A DNA stretch of 64,000 nucleotides from the human T2T-CHM13v2.0 reference genome, Homo sapiens, in the NCBI RefSeq assembly GCF_009914755.1, contig NC_060931.1; one strand, given 5' to 3'. Shown here in pieces: positions 13,411 to 51,476 of the stretch. The first letter of the stretch is position 1. The number at the start of each line of letters is the position of its first letter. The translations under genes were made by a program, and so were the position numbers. The notes beneath the pieces were generated by a model, which ran no database searches, had not been told where the DNA came from, and saw only the letters and a list, made by a program, of their open reading frames with translations.

Positions 13411-15786
13411 TGATATGGTTTGGCTGTATCCCCACTTAAATCTTATCTTGACTTGTAGTTCCCATAATCCCCACGTGTTGTGGGAGGGACCCAGTGGGAG
13501 GTAATTAAATCATGTGGTGGTTATCCCAAGTGCTGCTGTTCTCATGATAGTGAGTAAGTTATTACAAGATCTGATGGTTTTATAAAGGGTTATTCCTTCT
13601 TTGCTCAGCACTTCTTCCTGCTGCCATGTGAAGAAGAACATATTTGCTTCCCCTTCTGCCATAACTGTAAGTTGAGGCTTCCCCAGCCATGTGGAACTGT
13701 GAGTCAATTAAACCACTTTCCTTTATAAATTACCCAGTCTCAGATATGTCCTTACAGCAGCGTGAGAATGGACTAATATAGTAAATTGGTACCGGGTAGT
13801 GAGGTACTGCTCACTAGCCGGTGAAAGTGAAATGTGAAAGTGAAAGTGAAAATGTGAAAGTGACTTTGGAACTAGGTAACAGGCAGAGGTTGGAAAAGTT
13901 TGGAGGCTCAGAAGAAGAGAGGAAGATGTGGGAAAGTTTGGAACTTCCTAGAGACTTGTTGAATGACTTTGACCAAAATGCTGATAGTCATAGGGACAGT
14001 GAAGTCCAGGCTGAAAATGGAGATTAGGAACTTGTTGGTAACTGGCATAAAGGTGACTCTTTCTATGTTTTAGCAAAGAGACGTGGCATTTTGCCCCTGC
14101 CCTAGAGATCTGTGGAATTTTAACTTGAGAGAAATAATTTAGAGTATCCAGTGGAAGAAATTTCTAAGCAACAAAGCATTCAAGAGGTGTCTTGGGTGCT
14201 GTTAAAAGCATTCAGTTTTACGTATTCACAAAGATTGGTTTGGAATTGAAACTTATGTATAAAAGGGAAGCAGATCATGAAAATTCAGAATATTTGCAGC
14301 CTGACAATGTGATAGAAAAGAAAAACCCATGTTCTTTCGGAGGAGAAATTCAAGCTGGCTTCAGAAATTTGCATAAGTAATGAGGAGCCAAATGTTGATC
14401 ACCAAGATAATGGGGGAAAATGTCTCCAGCACATATCAGAGGTCTTCATGGCAGCCCCTCCCATCACAGGCCCAGAGGCCTAGGAGGAAAAAGTGGTTTT
14501 GTTGACTAGGCCCAGGGCCTTGCTGCTTTGTGCAGTCTAGAGACATGGTGCCCTGCATCCCAGCTGTGGCTAAAAGGGGCCAATGTAGAGCTCAGGCTGG
14601 TTGCTTCAGGGGGTGCAAGCCCCAAGCCTTGGCTGCTTACACGTGATGTTGGGCCTGTAGGTGCACAGAAATCAAGGATTGAGGGTTTGGAACCTCAGCC
14701 TAGATTTCAGAGGATGTATGGAAATCCCTAGATGTCCAGGCAGAAGTTTGCTGCAGGGATGGAACCCTCATGGAGAACCTCTGCTAGGCCAGTGCAGAAG
14801 GGAAATGTGTGGTCAGAGCCCCCACACAGAGTCCCCACTAGGGCACTGCCTAGTGGAGCTGCAAGAAGAGGGTGACCATCTTCCAGACCCCAGAATGGTA
14901 GCTCCACCAACAGCTTGCATCATGCACCTGGAATAGCTGCAGACACTCAATGCCAGCCCATGAAGGCAGCCAAGAAGGGGGCTGTACCCTGCAAAGCCAC
15001 AGGGGTGGAACTGTCCAATGCTGTGGGAGCCCACCTCTTGCATCAGCATGACCTGGTTGTGAGACATAGGGTCAAAGGAGATCATTTTGGAGCTTTAAGA
15101 TTTGACTGCCCTGCTGGATTTCAGACTTGCATGGGCCCTGTAGCCCCTTTGTTTTGGCTAATTTCTCCCATTTGGAACAGGTGTATTTACCCAATGCCTG
15201 TATTCCCATTGTATCTAGGAAGTAACTAACTTGCTTTTGATTTTTACAGGCTCATAGGCAGAATTGACTTGGCTTGTCTCAGATGAGACTTTGGACTTGG
15301 ACTTTTGAGTTAATGCTGAAATGAGTTAAGACTTTGAGTGACTGTTGGGAAAGCATAATTGTGTTTTGAAATGTGAGGACATGAGATTTGGAAGGGTTCA
15401 GGGGCAGAATGATATGCTTTGGCTGTGTCCCACCCAAATCTCATCTTGAATTGTAGTTCCCATAATCCCCACATGTCATGGGAAGGACCTGGTGGGAGGT
15501 GACTGAATCATGGGGCTGGTTACCCCTATGCTGCTGTTCTTGTGATAGTGAATGAATTCTCACGAGATCTGATGGTTTTATAAGGGGCTTTTCCCTCTTT
15601 GTTTGGCACTTCTCCTTCCTGCTGCCATGCGAAGCAGGACGTGTTTGCTTTCCCTTCTGCCATGACTCTAAGTTTTCCTGAGGCCTCCCCATCCATGCTG
15701 AACTGTAAGTCAATTAAACCTCTTTCCTTTATAAATTACCCAGTCTTAGATATGTCTTTATAGTGGTGTGAGAATGGACGAATACA
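13411..15786 (+). mobile_element. Full-length THE1C MaLR element (LTR 13411-13780, internal 13781-15409, LTR 15410-15786)
   Basis: Two direct LTRs of about 370 bp starting tgatatg, THE1-int sequence (ORF remnant ENVKVTLELGNRQ..LELPRDLLN), purine tract before the 3' LTR, TSD gtgag/gtgat. Confidence 0.92.
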
Positions 15787-17188
15787 GTGATCAAGGGATC
15801 GTGACTGTTTATTGGGGTCATTGTCCTCAGCTTCCTACTCCTCCATCCTTGCCCTTTTCTGGTTGTGGATGTTAAACATCACCCTTGCTGGCTACTCCCC
15901 TGTTTTGCTCCTAGAAATGCCATGTTCTATTAACCATCTCCCTTCCCTGCTGTGGGTCAGGCTTCCATTGACTGCCCCTCTGATCTTGGTGGTTGTGAGG
16001 TTCTGGCTTCTTTCATTTAAGTGCCATGATCTGATCGCTATTACTTTGGAGGCCCCAGTATTCCCATTGGATATTAACGATTGCAGCTCTGTGACTGCTT
16101 CTATTGTCAGTCTTGGCCTGAAGAAGAGAGCTACTGAACTTCTCAGTGATGCATGTGCCCTTCTTACCAGCACATTCCTGATTTCCTTGGTGAATGGTGT
16201 TTCCTCTGGACTCTCCCCTGGAACATAGTTATCTTGTAGTTTTTCTGACCTCACATAATGTAGCCACTCCAGCAAGCCAACTTCTCCTTCTCAGCCTTTT
16301 TATTCCTTCCTCTTCCTCCTGCCTAGGCAACTCAGGCATTTCCACTTTGCTCAGTGTTGGATCACTTTCTTAGGCTTCTAAGAGCCATTCTAACAATGAG
16401 TTCACACTGTCCCCTGGGTCTTACCAGGCCATTAAATTTCATGTCCTACAAAAGTACTTCCAAGTCAAAGAAACCTTGCTTGTTCAGTTTCATATTCTAG
16501 CCCCTTGTGCAAACACCCTCAAAATTCAGTATTGGTGGCCCTCATTGGCTAGTTATATCTTGTAATATAATTTCTTTCCTCCTTTCTCAGGCCCAGCATG
16601 TCCCCAGCTGGATTTAACCCTAGTTATTGGCCTAGCAGCCAAGAGAAGAGGTCGGGGTTCTCCTGAGAGGACACCTATTAAGATACCCTTATTGTGTTTT
16701 CCAGCGGAAAGGTCAGCCCCCCGCTGCAAGTTCTTAGATTCCTGGAGGATCTGCAGAGTCAACATTAGGAGTATCCATCCATTCACCAAGGCCATCAGGA
16801 ATGTGCTGGTAAGAAGGGCACCAACATCACTAAAAAATTCAGCAGCTCCCCTCTGCAAGCCAAAACTGACAGTAGAGGCAGTCACAGAGCTGAACTCATT
16901 AACATCTATGGGGATAGTGGGGTTCTCAAAGTAATAGAGTAATAATGTTTCACCACAGAAGCTGTTTCAGGATTCCAAATTTTCCCAACCCAAGCTCTTA
17001 CCTTTAGCATACAGACCTGCCTGGCTGGTATCATCAAAATGTCTCTGGAGCTCTGTCCATCGGATAGTGAGTAAACAAATCTCAAAATTTTATCTTACCA
17101 CTGGTTCTGTCAGAACACTCAGTAGCATTTGTATTAGCTCAGGTCCTTCAAGATCTGCTAAGATGGGATTAGAAGTCCAAGAGTTTTA

Positions 17189-17566
<378 letters not shown>

Positions 17567-17899
17567 CTAGTGCAGGTGAGAACCTTCAGACAGCAATGCA
17601 GGTCTGACATCAGTGAAGAGAGAGGAAAGGAGGAAGGAGAATTTGGTTGGTAGAGTTTCAGAGTGCAGCACAATTCTAAGAAAGTTTCAACCACTTTGAT
17701 GGGGAATTTTCAAGCCAAAATCTTCCACTAAAAGTATCCCTTATTAGTACTCCTTCCCATGTTTAGTCTTGGCTGAGAGTAGCTTGTAGGAAGCATGGCC
17801 TTGAGATGAATATGGTGGATACATCTGAGGGACAGCAGCTGAGTCCATCAGTCAATTTTAATTTGATATGGGCATTTTAATGGCCATATTCAACATAGT

Positions 17900-18210
17900 C
17901 TTTTTTTCTTTTATTATTATTATTTTGAGACAGGGTCTTGTTCTGTCACCCAGGCTGGGGTGTAGTGGTGCAATCTCCGTTCACTGCAACTTCTGCCTCC
18001 TGGGCTCAAGTGATCCTTGCACCTCAGCCTCCTGAGTAGCTGGTGCACACTACCATGCTGGTTAATTTTTTGTGTTTTGTTTTGTTTTTTGTAGAGACAG
18101 GGTTTCACAATGTTGCCCAGGCTGGTCTTGAACTCCTGGAGTCAAGCAATCTGCCTGCCTCAGCTTCCCAAAGTACTAGGATTATAGGCATGAGCCAACG
18201 TGCCCATCTC
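17900..18210 (-). mobile_element. AluJ
   Basis: Alu dimer reverse complement. Confidence 0.9.
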
Positions 18211-19049
18211 CCACATAGACTTATGATGGCTTTTAGCAGCTACAGAGACTAAGTCCTTCCAAATTTGAATCCAGAGGAAGACAAGCATCTTTATCCTAGC
18301 ATTCCTAGCAAAAGCTCTGAGATTGACTTGGATTAGACCAACCTAGGTCATGTGCCCCACTCCTGAGCCAGGCATGGTGGCCAGGGAAGTTTTATGACCT
18401 GCTTTGCTCAGGTGTAGTTTTCATGTCCTACTTCCAAAGTAGGAGTTGGAACTCCACCCATACCATGAGAACTGAGAGGCAATGAGGGGCAGGTCTCCAA
18501 GAAACAATATGAACATAGAATATATGTATTTTTCATTTTAATGGCTGCTTTAGAAAGCAACAAGTTTGCTTTCTAAAGACACTGTAACAATTTACAGTTC
18601 CTCCAAAAAGTATAATAGTACCTTTTCCCCCACAACTTCACCAATGATATCTTAGTTTTCTTTTTAAATGCTTGCCTACCTGATGTTTACATTATTAGTT
18701 TTAATTTATAATTTCCTAGTTCCTAGTACTAGTGTTTCTAAACTATTTTTTTCATATATTCATTGGCTACTTGGATTTGCTTTTCTGTCCATGGATTCTC
18801 CACATCTCTTGTCCGTTTTCCTATTGTTTATCTTTTGTCCTTTTTTTTGTCAATTTATAAAAGCACTTTTTATATTATAGCTAATAACCCTCTGTCTGTC
18901 CTCTGCATTGCAAATGGGTGAAGAAAAATTAGCCTGGAACTCTGCACATCTTCTCCTCCTCCATCTTTATTGTCCATACTAGACCCATAGTCCTCAGGAT
19001 GCAGTCTAGATCAATATGCCAGGAATACTATGGGAAAACTGCAACATTT

Positions 19050-19180
19050 GTTTTTTAAATTTTTTTAAATAATTTTTTTAGAGAAAAGGTCTTGCTTTGT
19101 TGCCCAGACTGGAGTGCACTGATGCGATCATAGCTCACTGCAGCCTCGAACTTCTTGGCTCAAGCGATCTTCCCACCTGA
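19050..19180 (-). mobile_element. Alu monomer fragment (FLAM/AluJ)
   Basis: gcgatcatagctcactgcagcctcgaac. Confidence 0.8.
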
Positions 19181-19949
19181 TCGTTTTTGAAAAACAAAAC
19201 AAGATAATTCCTGGTCAAGGACAAGTTTTCATCACCCACCTCTACCCCTCCCCAACCACACACACTGGGGCAAGATTGCTCAAATTTCAGTCATTCTGGA
19301 ACCACCTCCCCAATTTTTGCCATATCCTTTAAGTTGTGTACTATTTATATTTCTGAAAATTGTCCTTTTTGCACAGATTTATTTTAAAAGCATATATCGT
19401 TGCTATTACATCATTGTAACTACTGGTTATATTTTTCCAATACGCATTAAAATAAATTCATAACTATGAAAATAAAAGACATTTATGTACTACCCAAAAC
19501 ATACCTACCTTTAGGAAACTGCATTAGAGCACGTCAATAGGATCACCAGGCTAGTCAAGGACAAGACCAAGGGTTTACAGAGCTGTGAGTTTCACGGCCT
19601 TACCACTCATTGATCGCACAACCACTCCCATGGAGTGCAGTGGGTGGTAGGTTCATTTACATCAGAGAAAAGGCAGCATGGAAGAGTGCAACTTCTGTAC
19701 ACATATTCAAGTAGTGAGAATTAGAATCCAGGTCTTTCTCCAAAAAACAACAATGTAGTAGGGAAAAGTGTTGATTTAGGAGAAATAGACCTCAGTCAAG
19801 TCCAGTGGACCAACTGTACATGGTATTCAGGGCCCAGGAAGCTGGACCCAGTGCCGACGAGGATTGCACTCTGAACATTCTACATTCTGGCTAGAACATT
19901 AGGGATTCTAAGGTTCTGCTGATTATGCTGGCATCCAGGGCTTGCAAGT

Positions 19950-44635
<24,686 letters not shown>

Positions 44636-44649
<14 letters not shown>

Positions 44650-44699
44650 ATAATTGAAAAGAGATCCTCCAGAAAGAGCAGAAGGAAGTTTCTTCAATG
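44636..44699 (+). CDS. PTTG1IP2: Exon 6: last codons VYDE, TAG at 44647-44649, then 50 nt of 3' UTR
   Basis: Acceptor ttttctcttctcatag|TA TAT GAT GAA TAG and strong donor ATG|gtaagg at 44700. Confidence 0.85.
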
Positions 44700-44868
44700 G
44701 TAAGGTTTCAAATTATATTGCGTGAATTTTCTGCATGCCATTTTCTCCGTTCTATTAAGCCACTTTTCAGGAATATAATTAGAATTATTAAGAAAGAAAA
44801 TGGAAATCAAATCTGTAAAATGTAGGCAGATTTTCAATGCCCAAAACATGTAATAGAAGGCAGCAGAA

Positions 44869-45314
44869 GGCCAAGCACAGTAGCTGATCTCTGTAATCCC
44901 AGCACTCTGGAAGGCGGAAGAGGGAGGATCACCTGAGGCCAGGAGTTCGAGACTAGCCCGGACAATATAGCGAGATTCCATGTCTACAAAAAAATTTAAA
45001 AATTAGCCAGTGTGGTGCCTCACACCTGCAGTCCTAACAACTTGGTAGGCCAAGGTGAGATCACTTAAGCTCAGTTCAAGACCAGCCTGGGCAACATAGC
45101 AAGACCCCATCACTACAAACAATAAAAAATTAGCTGGGCATGGTTGCATGTGCCTGTAGTCCCAGCTCCTCAGGAGGCTGAGGTGGGAGGATTGCTTGAG
45201 CTCAAGAGTTGGAGGCTGTAGTGAGTTATGATTGCGCTACTGCATTTCAGCCTGGGTGACGACAAAGAGACCCCCATCAATCCTCCCCTCTGCCCAACCC
45301 CTACCATTAAAAGG
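44869..45314 (+). mobile_element. Trimeric AluJ (left-left-right)
   Basis: Two left monomers then a right monomer, inside a single TSD gaaggcagcagaa. Confidence 0.85.
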
Positions 45315-45990
45315 GAAGGCAGCAGAAAGTGGAGATATAACAGTTCAGGCTGCCTTTGTTGAAATCTGGGCTATCCATTTACTAAGTATGCCACGTTAGA
45401 CAACTAACTTAATCTGTTTGTGCCTTAGTTCCTAATTTGTTAATATTACCTAAAAACAGTGACTAAATTATTGTTTTGGTGACTTTGAGGACAAAATGAG
45501 ATTTTACAGCTAAAATTTCTAGAACTACCCCGACACTCAGTAAGTTCTTAATAAGTGTCACTTGTTACTACTGTAATCACAGAATCTCAACACTGAAGGC
45601 ACTTAAAGTTCATCCTACCCAACACCTCTTCCAGTGCTGGAATCCTCTTATCAACATCTATGGCATGTCAAATGATGGACAGCTAGGGACTATCCTTTGG
45701 ATTACAACATAGTTACAAATTTGGCTTTGTGTGTGTATGTGTGTGTGTGCACATTTGCCTTTCAGCAAGGTTAAACATACAGGCATACTTTCACTGCCAC
45801 CTCCTACATCCACCTGCACAGAAAGGAGGTCTCTAGCTAGAGGCACATTCCATAATTCTATGGCTTCTGAAGGAGTCAGTGCAGGTTAATAGGAGGGAGA
45901 GGGAGGAGAATGCAAGTCCTTCCAGAAGCCTACAGAGCCTCCTGGAGAATCTCTAGGGAAGAGACAATATGTATCAGTTTTAAAGTTTAG

Positions 45991-46125
45991 TAGAGTGACC
46001 ATGTATCTTCCAAACTGGGCCCATTTTAAGAGTGAAAGGGCCACTATTAAGAATTATGCTAGGAGAGCAGGTGAAAACCAAGGGTGCCCTAGGCAAACAA
46101 CAGCAAGAAATGATGGTTAACACCC
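45991..46125. mobile_element. hAT-Blackjack MITE (MER94/MER81-like)
   Basis: tagagtgaccat..ttaagagtgaaaggg.cactattaa..atggttaacaccc. Confidence 0.6.
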
Positions 46126-47418
46126 AATGTTGCAAGGGAAATGTGCACATTTATTTGTTGTTGTTGGGATTTGGCATTTATAGAAACTTTTTAGAAGGCA
46201 ATCTCTCAGTATCTATTAAAATTTGGGGTTGGGGGGGAGTACTCTTTGACCTGGTAATTCCATTATTCGAGATTTTCCCCACTGACATAAATGATCCTCT
46301 TAATGTGATGCTGAATTCAGTTTACTGGTATTTTGTGAAGAATTTTGCACCTATATTCATCAGGGATATTAGCCCGCAATTTTCTTTTCTCATAGTGTCT
46401 TTGTCTGGCTTGGGTTTCAGGATAGTACTGGCCTCATTAAATGCATTGAGAAGGATTCCCTTTTCAGTTTTTGAGAAGAGTTGAGAAGGATTGGTATTAG
46501 TTATTTAAATGGTAGAATTCAGCAGTGAAGCCATGAGATTTTGGGGTTTTCTTTTATGGGAGACCATTTATTACTGATTCAATCTTGTTACTCATTATTT
46601 GTCTGTTCAGATTTTCTATTTCTTAAGAATTCAATCTGGGTGTGTTGTATTTGTCTAGGAATGTATTCATTTCTTCTAGGCTATCCCATTTGTTGGTGTA
46701 TAATTCTTCACAGTATCTCGTAATCTTTCATATTTCTGTGGTATCAGTTGTAATGTCTTCTCTTTCATTTCTGATTTTATTTAAGTCTCTCTCTTTTTTT
46801 GTAGTCTATCTAAAGGGCTGACCATTTTGTTTATCTTTTCAAAACACCAACCATTAGTTTTGTTAATTTTTTATTTTAATTTTAATTTTTTAACTCTTCT
46901 TACTATAATAGTATAACTTTCAGTTTTGTTGATTCTTTCTATTGTTTTTCTAGTGTCTATCTTATTTCTGCCCTGATCTTTATTATTTCCTTCCTTCTAT
47001 TACCTTTGGGCATAGTTTGTTCTTTTTCTAGTCCTTTGATGTGTAACATAAGGTTATTAATTTGAGATCTTTCTTTTTTTATGTAGGCATGATTGTTATT
47101 AACTTCCCTCTAAGAATTACTTTTGCTGCATCCCATAAATTTTAGTATATTGTGTTTTAATTTTCATTTGTCTCAATATACTTTTTGCTTTCCATTTGTT
47201 TTCTTTTTTGACCCCGTGGTTGTTCAGAGAATGTCGTTTAATTTCCATGTTTTGGTGAATTTTCCAAATTTCTTCTTGTTATTGATTTCTAGTTTCATAT
47301 CATCACGGTCAGAAAAGATACCTGATATGATTTAAATCTTCTTACATTTGTAAAAACTTGTTTTGTGGCCTAACATATGGTCTACGTTAGTGTTCCATGT
47401 GTGCTGAAGAAGAATGTC

Positions 47419-48532
<1,114 letters not shown>

Positions 48533-49110
48533 GAATCCCTTTATTACTATATTATAACCATAAAATGGTAGCAGTAGGTTCTTACCTGTCAATAATCACC
48601 TTGAATGTAAATAGGTTAAATTCTCCAATGAAATAAAGGGGCTGAATTGATTAAAAAATAAGATCCAACTATATGCTGCCTGTAGGAGACTCTCTTCACC
48701 ATCTTTAAGGACACACATAAACTGAGAGTGAAGAGATGGAAGAAGATATTCAACACAAATTGAAACCAAAAGAGAGCAGGGGTAGCTATACTTATATCAA
48801 ACAAAATAGACTTTAAGTCCAAAACTATAAAAAGAGACAAAGAACGTCATTATATAATGAAAACTACACCAACACAATTTATTGTGAAAGCCTTTTTTAC
48901 ACCAGTGATATAAGATGAAACTTTTTTCATAAATTTCCATTCACATTTGAGTATATTTTTGTGCATCTGTTCACTGCTATTGATCTATCTGGATAATAGT
49001 TTCCTAATACCATAATGTTTTAATTGTGGAGGATATATAAGCTATTTTAATATCTGGTAATGGTATTTAACTTCTCTCCACCTCTTATTACTCTTTCTGT
49101 TTCCTTTTAA

Positions 49111-49525
<415 letters not shown>

Positions 49526-49789
49526 TAATGAGTCTAGAGTTTGCAGAAGTACTGCATGCAACGGAAATTCACAAATCTATTATAGTTTTGTTTGATTTGT
49601 TTCATCTTAGTTTCCTTTCTCCTCTTTCTTTCTCTTTTAATTTGTTGTCTTCCTATGTGTCCTTGTTTTCCAACTTTTGTACCAGAACATTTCATTTTAA
49701 ATCAAGATGCTATTGTAGGGGGACAATGTAACTGCAGAACAGCATTCACTCTACAGTTGGCCATATAATAATCATATAAAGACTTTTAA

Positions 49790-50150
<361 letters not shown>

Positions 50151-50199
50151 AGTGTTCTTTTAAAAATAAAACTGTAAAACATTAAAAACAATTAGTCCT

Positions 50200-50505
50200 C
50201 ACCGGGTGCAGTGGCTCAGGCCTATAATCCCAGCACTTTGGAAGGCCAAGGGGGGCAGATCACTTGAGATCAGGAGTTCAAGACTAGCCTGGGCAACATG
50301 GTGAAACCCCATCTCTATTAAAAGTCAAAAAATTAGCCGGACTTGGTGGTGTGCACCTGTAGTCCCAGCTACTTGGAGGCTGAGATGGGAGGATCACCTG
50401 AGCCTGGGGAGGTCGAGGCTGTGGTGAGCTAAGATTGTGCCGCTGCACTCCAGCCTGGGCAACAGAGGGAGACTCTGTCTCAGAAACAAACAAACAAAAC
50501 AAACA
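50200..50505 (+). mobile_element. AluJ/S
   Basis: Alu dimer with an (AAAC)n tail. Confidence 0.9.
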
Positions 50506-50744
50506 ATTCATCCTGATAATCCAAAACTACCTTCTATAAGGGAATATTTTGAAAGGTTAGAATAAGGCATTGAAACACACTAACACAAATTATAAATTTA
50601 AAGAATAGATGGTTAACTCTATCATGAGAAAAAGAATTGATTCAGGAATGTGAGGAAACAAGACAGTGAGGAGGAAGGAATAAAGAGCTAGAAAGACTGG
50701 GTTTGGGGGAGAATGGGATGAGAGAAAGAGTTTAAAGAGAACAG

Positions 50745-51149
50745 CTGTCTTAAGTTGGGATCCCCAAGAACTAGGCTCCAACGCAGAGACTTGCCTGCAG
50801 GAGTTAACTGGGGAATTCCCTCAGGAGTAACACATGTAAGGGTCAGAGAGAAGCAGACTTGGGTAGAAGGAACAGTTAAAGTGTCATGTAGTCACAAGGG
50901 AGGCCTCAGTCAATCTTATGGGGCACTCTGGAACTGGGATTTCCTTTTAGAATTGTCCCAAATTATGGCCCAAATCCCAATATCAACCATCATTAGATGT
51001 GGGAGGCCCTCCAAAAGGAGATTTAACCTTAAGTGAGGTGGCTGGCTGCATTGGCTAGGGCAATTTCCAAAGAGGGCCTGGTGTCTGGAGGTATGAGCAC
51101 CTTGTTCCTGAAAGGAATATCTGTGCAGCACACCATAGCATCCACCACA
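50745..51149 (-). mobile_element. Old ERVL-class LTR (LTR16/41-like)
   Basis: tgtcttaagttggga..gcagcacaccatagcatccaccaca. Confidence 0.5.
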
Positions 51150-51476
51150 ACATCTGTCATTGATTTAGGGGAATATTGAGAGTAATGATTCTGGGAAGAT
51201 AGGGTTTAGAAATGTTCAATTATTCATTAAGAGCATACTCCTCCTTTACTTCGTTAGCATTTTCTTTAGACCCTAAGTAAACATTTAAATTTATTTCAAT
51301 TATATATTTTCATTGTTTTTGAATTGATTTTACCTTGGATTGACCCAAAGCAGAGATTGGGCCACATATGACCACTTTTAAATTCAGGTTAAGCGAATTT
51401 TGGAATGAAATTAACTGTGATAGTAACTGAAAAAGGAAAGATATGTAAACATAATATTTACTAGAAAAAGGAGATA

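Noticed and set aside
15892-16934. Gag-like ORFs as a domesticated retroviral gene
   Set aside because: Short, frameshifted ERVL remnants with no continuous ORF.
19549-19645. Short matches to Y3 RNA (ggctagtcaag, attgatc..acaacca, gagtgcagtgg)
   Set aside because: Motifs are out of order and on mixed strands, with no collinear 100-nt match or tail. Likely chance. An Rfam scan would settle it.
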